A DNA stretch of 64,000 nt from the NCBI GenBank assembly GCA_017935505.1, contig JAGBHM010000027.1, positions 537 through 64,536 of the forward strand, in the 5' to 3' direction. The translations under genes and the position numbers were made by a program. The stretch's first letter is position 1. The number at the start of each line of letters is the position of its first letter. The notes under the pieces were generated by a model, which saw nothing but the letters and a program-made list of their open reading frames with translations, was not told the origin of the DNA and did no database searches. Origin of the DNA: Bacteroidales bacterium. Lineage in GTDB: Bacteria > Bacteroidota > Bacteroidia > Bacteroidales > UBA932. Positions 53,435 through 63,193 of this stretch are shown piece after piece.

Positions 53435-54409
53435 ATGAATACATACGGTAAAAAATTTCGCATCTCCATTTTTGGAGAATCACATGGTGAACTTATAGGT
53501 GTAGTTATGGATGATGTTCCTGCCGGAATCCAGCTCTCTGAGGCCGATTTTATGGAAGATTTGGGCCGCAGGAAGAGTGGGGCAAAGGGTACTACTCCAA
53601 GGAAAGAGGATGATCTGCCATCTATTGTGAGTGGAGTGTGTGACGGCTGCACAACCGGAGCACCGCTTACTGTAGTATTCCATAATAACAATACCAGATC
53701 ATCGGATTACTCATCATTCAGGGAGATACCACGCCCGGGACATGCAGATTTTGTGGCCTCTGTGAAGCATAATTTCTTTAACGATATAAGGGGTGGGGGC
53801 CATTTTTCCGGAAGGCTTACACTTTGTTTGGTAGCAGCAGGTGTTGTGGCAAAGAAAATTATAGCACCTGTAAATGTCTCTGCCAAAATCATAGAATTGG
53901 GTGGCCTTCCTATTGCCAGAGCAACAGAGTGGGATTCAATTATTGATGGAGCAGTGGCGGAGGGTGATTCTGTTGGAGGCGTTGTGGAGTGCAGATGTAT
54001 AAATCTGCCTGTAGGGCTTGGCGAGCCGTTTTTCGATTCAATGGAGTCGCAGATTGCCCATCTTGCATTCTCAATACCGGCCGTGAGGGGTATAGAGTTC
54101 GGTGACGGTTTTGCAGCTGCCAGAATGAAGGGATCTGAACATAATGACTGCTACATCGACAAAGAGGGACATACTGCAACAAACGGTGCCGGAGGAATAA
54201 ATGGAGGAATAACAAACGGCAATCCTGTTGTATTCAGAATTGCCGTAAAACCAACTTCAAGTATCAGCAAGAAACAGACCTCATTCAATTTTATAACAGA
54301 ACAGATGGAAGAGTTCTCTGTAAAAGGGCGTCATGATGCCTGTATTGCACTCAGATGTCCTGTTGTTGTTGAGGCTGCTGCGGCTATTGCCATTGCTGAC
54401 AACCTGTAG
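53435..54409 (+). CDS. aroC: Chorismate synthase
   Basis: FGESHG, RPGHADF and GRHDACI. Confidence 0.9.
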   Translation: MNTYGKKFRISIFGESHGELIGVVMDDVPAGIQLSEADFMEDLGRRKSGAKGTTPRKEDDLPSIVSGVCDGCTTGAPLTVVFHNNNTRSSDYSSFREIPRPGHADFVASVKHNFFNDIRGGGHFSGRLTLCLVAAGVVAKKIIAPVNVSAKIIELGGLPIARATEWDSIIDGAVAEGDSVGGVVECRCINLPVGLGEPFFDSMESQIAHLAFSIPAVRGIEFGDGFAAARMKGSEHNDCYIDKEGHTATNGAGGINGGITNGNPVVFRIAVKPTSSISKKQTSFNFITEQMEEFSVKGRHDACIALRCPVVVEAAAAIAIADNL

Positions 54410-54432
54410 TAATTATAGAGTTTTGTGTCTGT

Positions 54433-55848
54433 CTAGAACATTTCCTGGATATCTCTGAGCATATACCACATTTCGTCATCAATGCTCATATTATAGCTGC
54501 GAGAGTTGCAGAGTACAACTCCGTTTACGTTGTCTTTACCTCTGGCCCATATGGTGCATGTACCACCAAGTGTGCCTCCGTGATAAGCAGCCCAGCTAGG
54601 AATATCAGGATAATTTACCCTCCATCCTTTTGCATATCTGTCTCTTACAGGAGATTGGGTATACATCAGGTCGAGAGTCTCTTTCTTGAGAATATCAGGA
54701 ACTTTTGTGCCATAGTCGATAGTTGCCATAAGTTTCATCAGCTCCTCTACATTAGCTGCCATACCGCCGGCTGCTTTAGATACAATCATATCATTTCCAT
54801 AAGGATTTTTGCCGTCCTGACCATAATATTCACACTCGTTAGGCAGTCTTTCCGCTAGAGAATTGCCACTAACTACAATATTGCTTACACCTGCTTTCTT
54901 GTGTACATATTCTGCAAGATAGTCCTCATAATTCATGCCCGACAGCTGCTCAATAACCAATCCAAGAACAGCAAAGTTGAGGTTGTTGTACTTGTGGTTT
55001 GTTCCAGGTGTATTATCCTGAGTAACATTTTTGATAAGATATTCAATACGCTCTTTGAGCGGTTTATTGTAGTAAACTGAATTGCTTGGATATACGGGGT
55101 CTGTCGACCATCCGCTTGTGTGCTCGAGCAGATGCTGTACTGTAACACCTTTTGCACCCGGTAGAATACCCTCATCTCCGAACATTGGCTCAAGAATGCC
55201 GCCTTTGCCGAATACTATATCATCCATTTTTACCTTGCCAGCCTCATATAAAGTCATGATACCCAAAGCAGTCTGCTGTTTCGACATACTTGCGAGTCTG
55301 AAGAGTGTCTGAGGTGTAACCCTTATCTCTTTATCTACAACTGCAAAACCATATCCGGCCTTATATACAGTCTCCTCATCCTTGCTTATAGCGATTGATA
55401 CACCTGGGATGCTGTGTGCAGCCATGAATTCGTATACCATGTTGTCTATTTTTGGATTTCCGTTCCTTGCAAGAAGTGTATAACTCCTTGTGAGGCCGCT
55501 CTCTGATGTAACAACAATCTTTGAAGTTTTTGAGAAGTCACAAGGTGTAGTTTCATTTTCTACAGGAATGCCGTTTATTGTCAATGAGGCACCCTGACCT
55601 ATAGTAAAGGATGGTACAAGAGATGAAAGGCTTACATCTTCAGGGACTGTGACATATATCATGTTTCCGCTGGTACAGCTGGTGATGTTCGAATTCAATC
55701 CGGAATTATCCGCCTTTTTAAATGAAAATCCTGTAAGTGTAGTTCTGTCTGCATCTGGATTTCCAACAGGACCATCATCCTTGGAACATGCCGCCATCAC
55801 GAATGTAATGGCAAATAAAATCAATAGATGTTTTAAGTTAAAGTTCAT
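54433..55848 (-). CDS. Serine hydrolase (beta-lactamase family) lipoprotein with an extra N-terminal domain
   Basis: SxxK motif ASMSKQ. I took the start at the ATG at 55848 (MNFNLKHLLILFAITFVMAACSK, lipobox) rather than the listed 56019. Confidence 0.75.
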   Translation of the reverse strand: MNFNLKHLLILFAITFVMAACSKDDGPVGNPDADRTTLTGFSFKKADNSGLNSNITSCTSGNMIYVTVPEDVSLSSLVPSFTIGQGASLTINGIPVENETTPCDFSKTSKIVVTSESGLTRSYTLLARNGNPKIDNMVYEFMAAHSIPGVSIAISKDEETVYKAGYGFAVVDKEIRVTPQTLFRLASMSKQQTALGIMTLYEAGKVKMDDIVFGKGGILEPMFGDEGILPGAKGVTVQHLLEHTSGWSTDPVYPSNSVYYNKPLKERIEYLIKNVTQDNTPGTNHKYNNLNFAVLGLVIEQLSGMNYEDYLAEYVHKKAGVSNIVVSGNSLAERLPNECEYYGQDGKNPYGNDMIVSKAAGGMAANVEELMKLMATIDYGTKVPDILKKETLDLMYTQSPVRDRYAKGWRVNYPDIPSWAAYHGGTLGGTCTIWARGKDNVNGVVLCNSRSYNMSIDDEMWYMLRDIQEMF

Positions 55849-55989
55849 GATTTTAATATTTGGTACATATATTATATTGTCGTAAAACAGGCACAAAGTT
55901 AAAATAAGAAATTTAATATATAGGAAAATAAATGTAAATTTATTATATTTGTCTAATGTCTTATTTTGTGATAAAAAGTTATTGAAATT

Positions 55990-57471
55990 ATGAGTTTTAA
56001 TATAGATCAGAAGCAGCATTCGCTTAAAGATGTGGAATTGTTATTGAAAAGTGGTTCAAAGATTGTTCTTGGTGAGGCTGCAAAAGAGCGTATAGTCAAA
56101 TGCAGGGAGTATCTCGACAACAGAATGAGAAGCCAGAAGGAGCCCATTTATGGTATAACCACAGGTTTTGGCTCTCTATGTAATGTTTCGATAGGTGCAG
56201 ATGATCTTAGCGCACTGCAGAAAAATCTTGTAATGTCACATGCCTGCTCTCTTGGAGAGGAGGTGCCGGAAGAGATTGTAAGGCTGATGTTAGCCTTTAA
56301 GGTTAAATCGCTTTCATACGGATACTCCGGAGTAAGGCTCGAGACAGTGGAGCGTCTTGTGGATTTCTTCAATAATGGTGTGCATCCTGTTGTGTATCAG
56401 CAGGGATCTCTGGGAGCATCCGGAGATTTGGCACCTCTTGCAAATATGTGTCTTCCTCTGCTTGGACTTGGTGAGGTAAATTATTGTGGAAGACGTTATA
56501 CAGCAGCAGAAATCAATGCAAAATTCGGATGGGAGCCCCTAACCCTTGCTTCAAAAGAGGGATTGGCATTATTGAACGGAACGCAGTTCATGCTCTCATT
56601 TGCCATGTACAATTTATATAAGGCAAAGAAATTGTCGTCCCTTGCAGATAAAATCGCAGCACTTTCATTGGATGCGTATGACGGAAGAATAGAGCCTTTC
56701 ACACCTGGAGTGCATGCAGTAAGGCCGCATAGCGGGCAGATGGAGACTGCGAAGAATATATTGGCATATCTCGACGGAAGTCAGATTATTCAGCAATACA
56801 AACAGCATGTTCAGGATCCCTACTCATTCAGATGTGTTCCGCAGGTGCATGGAGCGGTGAAGGATGCAATCAGAAATATTGAACAAGTCTTTACAACAGA
56901 ACTTAATAGTGCTACAGATAATCCAACAGTATTGCCTGATGAGGATATGATTGTCTCAGCCGGCAATTTCCACGGAGAGCCGCTGGCTTTGAACCTCGAT
57001 TTCCTCTCGATAGCCATTGCTGAGATAGGAAGTATTTCTGAAAGAAGAACATATCAGCTTATTAGCGGAAAGAGGGGATTGCCTTCATTCCTTGTTGCAA
57101 AACCTGGTTTGAATTCGGGCTTTATGATACCTCAATATGCTGCAGCGGGAGTTGTAAGCCAGAACAAACAGTTGGCCACACCGGCTTCGGTAGATACAAT
57201 TGACTCATCGCAAGGCCAGGAAGATCATGTGAGCATGGGAGCAAATGCCGCTACAAAATGCTATAGGATAGTGAATAATGTGGAGAAGGTTCTTGCAATA
57301 GAGTTGATGAACGCAGCACAGGCATTGGAGTTCCGCAGACCTCTGAAGACATCTCCGGTGCTTGAAGAATTTGTCGGGAAATATAGGGAAGTGGTGAATT
57401 TTATAGAGGAGGATGAGGTTATGTATGTGCATATAAATAACTCTGTGGAGTTTTTGCGTAACTGTTATTGA
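55990..57471 (+). CDS. hutH: Histidine ammonia-lyase
   Basis: MIO-forming motif GSLGASGDLAPL. Confidence 0.9.
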   Translation: MSFNIDQKQHSLKDVELLLKSGSKIVLGEAAKERIVKCREYLDNRMRSQKEPIYGITTGFGSLCNVSIGADDLSALQKNLVMSHACSLGEEVPEEIVRLMLAFKVKSLSYGYSGVRLETVERLVDFFNNGVHPVVYQQGSLGASGDLAPLANMCLPLLGLGEVNYCGRRYTAAEINAKFGWEPLTLASKEGLALLNGTQFMLSFAMYNLYKAKKLSSLADKIAALSLDAYDGRIEPFTPGVHAVRPHSGQMETAKNILAYLDGSQIIQQYKQHVQDPYSFRCVPQVHGAVKDAIRNIEQVFTTELNSATDNPTVLPDEDMIVSAGNFHGEPLALNLDFLSIAIAEIGSISERRTYQLISGKRGLPSFLVAKPGLNSGFMIPQYAAAGVVSQNKQLATPASVDTIDSSQGQEDHVSMGANAATKCYRIVNNVEKVLAIELMNAAQALEFRRPLKTSPVLEEFVGKYREVVNFIEEDEVMYVHINNSVEFLRNCY

Positions 57472-57484
57472 TATATTTGAAGAA

Positions 57485-58795
57485 ATGGATAAGTTGTTGA
57501 TTATAAATATAAAGGAGCTTTTGCAGGCTGGAGAGGAGATTGTCCTGAAGAGGGGTGTGGAGATGGATGATGTCAACTGTATTGAAAATGCTTATGTATA
57601 TGCAGTTGATGGAAGAATTGCTGATTATGGGGAGATGAAAAATCTTCCTGCAGAGCTGAATATGCTGGTAAAGGCCTGGAATAGTGCAGATCCGCATGAA
57701 AAGGAGACTTGTAGCCAAGCAGATGCTATTGAGGTTATAGATGCTCAGGGAAGGATTGTAATGCCGTCTTTCTGTGATTCACATACACATCTTATTTATG
57801 CCGGAAGCAGGGAGAGAGAGTTTGTAGATAAGATAAAAGGGCTTAGTTACCAGCAGATAGCTGCCAATGGCGGTGGAATACTCAATTCAGCCTTGCTGTT
57901 GGAGAATATGTCGGAAGATGATCTTTACTCCAGCGCATTGGGCCGTGCCTATGAGATAATTGCGAGTGGAACCGGAGCCGTTGAGATTAAAAGCGGCTAT
58001 GGTTTGAGCCTTGATACGGAACTCAAGATGCTGAGGGTTGCAAAAAGGCTGCAGCAGAATTTGCCGATACCTGTAAAGACAACATTTCTGGGAGCCCATG
58101 CCGTTCCTGCAAGGTATGCAGGCAATAAAGAGGGGTATGTTGATGAGATTATCAATACAATGATTCCAGTGGTAGCTTCACATGAACTTGCAGATTATAT
58201 TGATGTCTTCTGTGAGGATGGTTTCTTCTCGGTTGAGGATACCGACCGCATATTGAACGCAGGCATGAAGCATGGCATGAGGGCAAAAGTACATGCAAAT
58301 CAGATGGGAGTTTCTGGAGGTGTGCAGGTTGGTGTAAAGTATGATGCAATAAGTGTGGACCATCTCGAGAGTGTTGGAGAAGAGGAGATAATGGCACTTA
58401 AAAATTCCGGTACAATAGCTACAATGTTGCCTGGTGCCACCTTCTTCTTGAATATGGATTACTCTCCTGCACGCAAATTTGTAGAGAATGATATACCGCT
58501 TGCACTGGCCACAAATTATAATCCAGGTTCTTGTCCGAGCGGAAGCATGCAGTTCCAGATGGCATTGGCCTGCATTGCCATGAAACTTACTCCACAGCAG
58601 GCCTTCAACGCCTGCACAATCAATGGAGCCTGTGCTATGGGGCTTGAGGATGAGGTGGGCTCCATAACTGTTGGGAAGAGGGCAAACTTTATAATAACCA
58701 AGAAGATACCTTCTTTAGACTTTATACCTTATGCCTTCACAACTCCTTTTATAGAGAAGATAATACTTGACGGAAAACAAATAGAAATACAGTAA
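57485..58795 (+). CDS. hutI: Imidazolonepropionase
   Basis: Amidohydrolase motif FCDSHTHLIYAGSR, and its length and context next to hutH. Confidence 0.9.
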   Translation: MDKLLIINIKELLQAGEEIVLKRGVEMDDVNCIENAYVYAVDGRIADYGEMKNLPAELNMLVKAWNSADPHEKETCSQADAIEVIDAQGRIVMPSFCDSHTHLIYAGSREREFVDKIKGLSYQQIAANGGGILNSALLLENMSEDDLYSSALGRAYEIIASGTGAVEIKSGYGLSLDTELKMLRVAKRLQQNLPIPVKTTFLGAHAVPARYAGNKEGYVDEIINTMIPVVASHELADYIDVFCEDGFFSVEDTDRILNAGMKHGMRAKVHANQMGVSGGVQVGVKYDAISVDHLESVGEEEIMALKNSGTIATMLPGATFFLNMDYSPARKFVENDIPLALATNYNPGSCPSGSMQFQMALACIAMKLTPQQAFNACTINGACAMGLEDEVGSITVGKRANFIITKKIPSLDFIPYAFTTPFIEKIILDGKQIEIQ

Positions 58796-58813
58796 TAAAT
58801 AAAGATAATCATT

Positions 58814-59602
58814 ATGGGAAATCAGATTCATAATACATTCTACACTCCGCTGGGTCTTGTAAATGTTGAACACTTGGCCCATGGCTCGCTTCACCTCGAT
58901 TGGGAGGGAATGCATATATATGTAGATCCATACAGCGATCTCTACGATTATTCAAAGATGAAGAAGGCAGATCTTATACTGCTTACACATGCCCATACAG
59001 ACCACTATGACTGCAAGGCAATAAAGGATATAGCCACTCCAAATACAGAATTTATTGTAAGTAAAGGTGTCGGTACCTGTTTTAAATATGATCTGGCAAA
59101 ACTTGGTCTGGATGTTGATGACAATGAATATAATGTAGACCCGTCTACAAATCTCGAAAATATATTCAAAGATGCGCATGCCCTTAAAAACTGCTCGGTG
59201 CAGGTGCTTGGCAATGGTGACAGCGTGAAGGTGAAAGGCATTGAGATCAAGGCAACCCCTGCATATAATATTGAGAACAAAAGGGATAATGGTAAACCAT
59301 TCCACCTGAAAGGTGAGGGCAACGGCTATATCCTCAATATGGGAGGCTTTGTAATCTATATTGCTGGTGACACCGAGTTCATTCCTGAGATGGCGGTTGC
59401 AAAAGGGGCTGACATTGCCTTCTTGCCAAAGAATCTGCCATATACATTATCTGATGAGAAATTTATCGAGGCTGCCAATTTTATAAAACCTAAAAATCTG
59501 TATCCTGTCCATTATTTTGAACTGGATCCTCAGGTACTTATAGATGGCCTTGCTACAGGAATATGCCTTTATATCGATGGAAAACAGTATTGCAAGGCAT
59601 AA
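58814..59602 (+). CDS. MBL-fold metallo-hydrolase
   Basis: HxHxDH motif LLTHAHTDHYD. Confidence 0.8.
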   Translation: MGNQIHNTFYTPLGLVNVEHLAHGSLHLDWEGMHIYVDPYSDLYDYSKMKKADLILLTHAHTDHYDCKAIKDIATPNTEFIVSKGVGTCFKYDLAKLGLDVDDNEYNVDPSTNLENIFKDAHALKNCSVQVLGNGDSVKVKGIEIKATPAYNIENKRDNGKPFHLKGEGNGYILNMGGFVIYIAGDTEFIPEMAVAKGADIAFLPKNLPYTLSDEKFIEAANFIKPKNLYPVHYFELDPQVLIDGLATGICLYIDGKQYCKA

Positions 59603-59644
59603 TTACATTATATAACTGCACGACAACAATATAAAAAAACTATA

Positions 59645-61348
59645 ATGAAGAAGATAATAGAGTGCGTCCCAAATTTCAGCGAAGGACGCGACATGGAGAT
59701 TATAAAACAGATCACAGATCAGGTGGAGAGCGTTGATGGTGTAAAATTGCTGAATGTTGATCCGGGTGATGCCACAAACCGAACTGTTGTTACATTTGTA
59801 GGAGAGCCTGAGGCTGTTATAGAGGCGGCATTCAGAGCAATCAGAAAGGCTGGCGAGGTGATAGATATGCGTGGTCATCATGGGGAGCATCCAAGAATTG
59901 GCGCAACCGATGTGTGTCCGTTGATTCCGATTGCAAATGTGACAATGGAGGAGTGTGCCGAATATGCCCGCAAATTGGCAGAAAGAGTTGGAAGTGAAGC
60001 AGGCATCCCGGTTTACTGTTATGAGGCGGCGGCATTTACACCTCAAAGACGCAATCTGGCTGTATGCAGGGCAGGAGAGTATGAAGGAATACAGAAAAAA
60101 CTCTCGGATCCAGAATGGAAACCAGATTTCGGACCATCTGAATATAGTGAAAGAGTTGCCCGTACAGGTATTTCGGTAATTGGAGCAAGGGATTTTCTTG
60201 TTGCTATAAATTATAATCTCAATACAACCTCTACAAGAAGGGCAAATGCAATTGCCTTTGATGTAAGGGAGAAGGGCCGCAAAATGCGTGAGGGCGGAAA
60301 ACTTACCGGTAAAGTGCTTGTAGATGAGAATGGAAATGAGATGTGGCAGCCTGGAACACTCAAAGGGTGCAAAGCCATAGGCTGGTTTATCAAAGAGTAT
60401 GGAATTGCTCAGGTTTCCATGAATGTTACCGATATAAATACAACTCCGGTGCATATAGCATTTGATGAAGTTTGTGCAAAGGCAGCAGCCCGTGGATTGC
60501 GTGTTACAGGTTCTGAACTTGTTGGTCTTGTACCTAAAAAAGTGCTGATTGATGCGGGAAATTATTATCTGGCAAAACAGCAGCGTTCATTGGGTATTCC
60601 AGAGGAGGAGGTTATAAAGATAGCAGTGAAATCACTGGGCCTTGATGACCTTAAACCATTTGATCCTAAAGAGAAGGTTATAGAGTATCTGATGGAGGCC
60701 GATAATGCTGGTGATGAGAGACTTGTAGATATGACTTGTACAGGTTTTGCGAATGAGACTGCAAGTGAGTCTCCAGCTCCTGGCGGCGGATCAATTTCGG
60801 CATATTGCGGTGCGCTCGGAGCAGCATTGGGTACAATGGTTGCAAATCTGTCGGCCCATAAACCGGGATGGGATGACAAATGGGAGTATTTCTCAAATTG
60901 GGCAGTGAAGGGCCAGAGGATAAAGGATACATTGCTGCACCTTGTTGATGAAGACACTGTCTCTTTCAATAAGATAATGGAGGCATTCGGCCTGCCTAAG
61001 ACAACCGATGCCGAAAAGGCTGCACGCAAAAAGGCAATTCAGGAGGCTACAATATATGCAGCGCAGGTTCCGTACAAGACAATGGAGGCGGCATATTCTG
61101 CCTATGAGGTTGTTGAGGCAATGGTTAAGGATGGAAATCCTAACTCTATAACAGATGCAGGAGTTGGCGCATTGTGTATAAGAACTGCTGTGTATGGTGC
61201 ATATCTTAATGTTATGATCAATGCGGCAAGCATAGAAGATGTGGATGTGGCTCTTGAGTTGAAGTCAAAGGCGAAGAATCTACTGGATCTCTCCAATGCA
61301 AAAGAGAGGGAGCTGCTCGAAGAGGTAGAGAGAGTGGTTGTACAGTAG
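59645..61348 (+). CDS. ftcD: Bifunctional glutamate formimidoyltransferase / formimidoyl-THF cyclodeaminase
   Basis: N-terminal ECVPNFSEGR. The C-terminal ~200 aa is helical and cyclodeaminase-like (APGGGSISAYCGALGAALG). Confidence 0.85.
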   Translation: MKKIIECVPNFSEGRDMEIIKQITDQVESVDGVKLLNVDPGDATNRTVVTFVGEPEAVIEAAFRAIRKAGEVIDMRGHHGEHPRIGATDVCPLIPIANVTMEECAEYARKLAERVGSEAGIPVYCYEAAAFTPQRRNLAVCRAGEYEGIQKKLSDPEWKPDFGPSEYSERVARTGISVIGARDFLVAINYNLNTTSTRRANAIAFDVREKGRKMREGGKLTGKVLVDENGNEMWQPGTLKGCKAIGWFIKEYGIAQVSMNVTDINTTPVHIAFDEVCAKAAARGLRVTGSELVGLVPKKVLIDAGNYYLAKQQRSLGIPEEEVIKIAVKSLGLDDLKPFDPKEKVIEYLMEADNAGDERLVDMTCTGFANETASESPAPGGGSISAYCGALGAALGTMVANLSAHKPGWDDKWEYFSNWAVKGQRIKDTLLHLVDEDTVSFNKIMEAFGLPKTTDAEKAARKKAIQEATIYAAQVPYKTMEAAYSAYEVVEAMVKDGNPNSITDAGVGALCIRTAVYGAYLNVMINAASIEDVDVALELKSKAKNLLDLSNAKERELLEEVERVVVQ

Positions 61349-61380
61349 CGGTACTATCCCATTGTGTTGATAATATAGAG

Positions 61381-61420
61381 GGTGCGGTAAAATCTTATGG
61401 TTTGTGCCGCACCTTTTGTT
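61381..61420 (+). terminator. Terminator after ftcD
   Basis: GGTGCGG (61381-61387) pairs with CCGCACC (61407-61413), followed by TTTTGTTGTT. The loop is long. Confidence 0.5.
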
Positions 61421-61475
61421 GTTATATTAACTATCAAAAAATTTCAGAAATCTGCAATGCATTGAAAAAAAATGG

Positions 61476-61483
61476 TAACTTTG
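61476..61483 (+). promoter_or_regulatory. Candidate -7 box TAacTTTG for nadB
   Basis: Exact TAnnTTTG match 23 nt upstream of the nadB ATG. Confidence 0.4.
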
Positions 61484-61505
61484 ACAAAATTTACCCGGCT
61501 AAAAA

Positions 61506-63155
61506 ATGCAAAAATTCGATTACATTGTTGTAGGTAGCGGTCTTGCAGGGTTATACGCTGCCTATAAGGCTTCGTTCAACGGTAACGTGGCCATTGTTAC
61601 AAAGTCGTTTGTCAGGGAGAGCAACTCTTTTAATGCTCAAGGTGGAATCGCTGCGGTAACGTCTGTTGAGGATGATCCTGAAATTCACAAATCAGATACA
61701 CTTATTGCAGGTCGAGGCCTGTGTGAGGAGAGCGCAGTTGATGTGCTTGTAAATGAAGGCCCCGAAAGAATTAGTGATATCATTGCCGACGGAATGGAGT
61801 TTGACAAGGAGAATGGCAATCTTGCCCTTGGACTTGAAGGCGGCCATCATAAAAGGAGAATTCTCCATGCAGGAGGTGATTCTACCGGCCGTTGGATTAC
61901 AGAGTTTGTCATCTCAAAAGTTGTAGAGAAAGATAATATAAAGGTATTTGAGAATACATCGCTCCTCGATCTGCTCATTTCGGATGGAACATGTTACGGA
62001 GTGCGCTGCTGGAGTGAGAATGAAGAGCTGCTGAAGGCGGCCGGTAATGATGATTGTGATGCGGCAGAGGGTGCTGAGGTACTTCTCTATGCAAACCACG
62101 TCTTCCTTACTTCAGGTGGCACATCTGCCATCTATGAACGAACAACCAATCCACAGACAACTATCGGCGACGGACTTGCCATTGCATATAAGGCGGGTTG
62201 CCGTATAATAGATATGGAATTCATACAGTTCCATCCGTCGGGATTATATGTAAAGGATTCACAAAAGGCATTCCTTATAAGTGAAGCAGTGAGAGGCGAG
62301 GGAGCCTATCTGTTTGGAAAGGATGGAAAACGCTTTATGGTGCCGATTCATGAGCTGGCGGAACTTGCTCCAAGGGATATTGTTGCACGCTCTATCTACA
62401 AGCAGATGAAAAAGGACAATATGCCTTATGTGATATTGTCATTGAAACATCTCGACTCTGCAAAGATATTGAAACGGTTCCCAGGCATAAGCGCAAAATG
62501 CAAGGAGTTCGGATATGATCTTACAAAAGAGATTCCTGTAGCACCTGCTGCACATTATACAGTTGGAGGAGTGGCTTCCAATATAAACGGTCGTACAGAT
62601 ATAAAGAGACTCTACGTTTGCGGAGAGATTGCAGCAACCGGTATAATGGGGGCTAATAGATTGGCATCCAATTCATTGCTCGAGTGTCTGGTGTTTGCAA
62701 GCAGAGCAATAGAGGATTCTGTGAAGGAGGGCCCTATAAAGGAGTGTCCTGAATTCAATAAAGAATATTACAAGGACAATTCAAAACAGGAATCATATTT
62801 GCAGCTGAAGGAGAAGGTTTCCAGAATCATGAACACTTATGCCGGTATTGTAAGAAGAGAGGAGTGGCTGAAGGAGGGACTTGAGAAGATAGAGGAGCTT
62901 GGCTCTGAACTTATGATGTCGCAGAATGTAGTGGCTGGCGGTGTTATGAAGGAGTTCTATGAAGATGCCTCATGGAGATTGCTGATAGTGGCATCACTTA
63001 TAATGAATCCGGCACTGCTCAGGAAGGAGAGTCGTGGCGGTCATTACAGAGAGGACTATCCATGTGCAAGTGAAGAGTATGAGGTACATTCAGTGCAACA
63101 GATTGGAAAAGAGATAACAATAGCACCAGTAAACAGCGGTTATCTGGATTTTTAG
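61506..63155 (+). CDS. nadB: L-aspartate oxidase
   Basis: FAD motif DYIVVGSGLAGL, and ESRGGHYREDYP. Confidence 0.9.
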   Translation: MQKFDYIVVGSGLAGLYAAYKASFNGNVAIVTKSFVRESNSFNAQGGIAAVTSVEDDPEIHKSDTLIAGRGLCEESAVDVLVNEGPERISDIIADGMEFDKENGNLALGLEGGHHKRRILHAGGDSTGRWITEFVISKVVEKDNIKVFENTSLLDLLISDGTCYGVRCWSENEELLKAAGNDDCDAAEGAEVLLYANHVFLTSGGTSAIYERTTNPQTTIGDGLAIAYKAGCRIIDMEFIQFHPSGLYVKDSQKAFLISEAVRGEGAYLFGKDGKRFMVPIHELAELAPRDIVARSIYKQMKKDNMPYVILSLKHLDSAKILKRFPGISAKCKEFGYDLTKEIPVAPAAHYTVGGVASNINGRTDIKRLYVCGEIAATGIMGANRLASNSLLECLVFASRAIEDSVKEGPIKECPEFNKEYYKDNSKQESYLQLKEKVSRIMNTYAGIVRREEWLKEGLEKIEELGSELMMSQNVVAGGVMKEFYEDASWRLLIVASLIMNPALLRKESRGGHYREDYPCASEEYEVHSVQQIGKEITIAPVNSGYLDF

Positions 63156-63193
63156 AAACTGTTCTACCGGAGGAATAAAGAAATTTTTACAAT

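Noticed and set aside
55849-56019. The N-terminal 57-codon extension of the serine-hydrolase ORF (listed start 56019).
   Set aside because: The extension is an AT-rich low-complexity translation that overlaps the hutH start region. The internal ATG at 55848 gives a canonical lipoprotein signal (..FVMAACSK).
59603-60454. 283-aa ORF on the minus strand.
   Set aside because: It is entirely antisense to the well-supported ftcD gene. The composition is Cys/Ile/Phe-rich and low in complexity, with no motif. This is typical of a shadow ORF.
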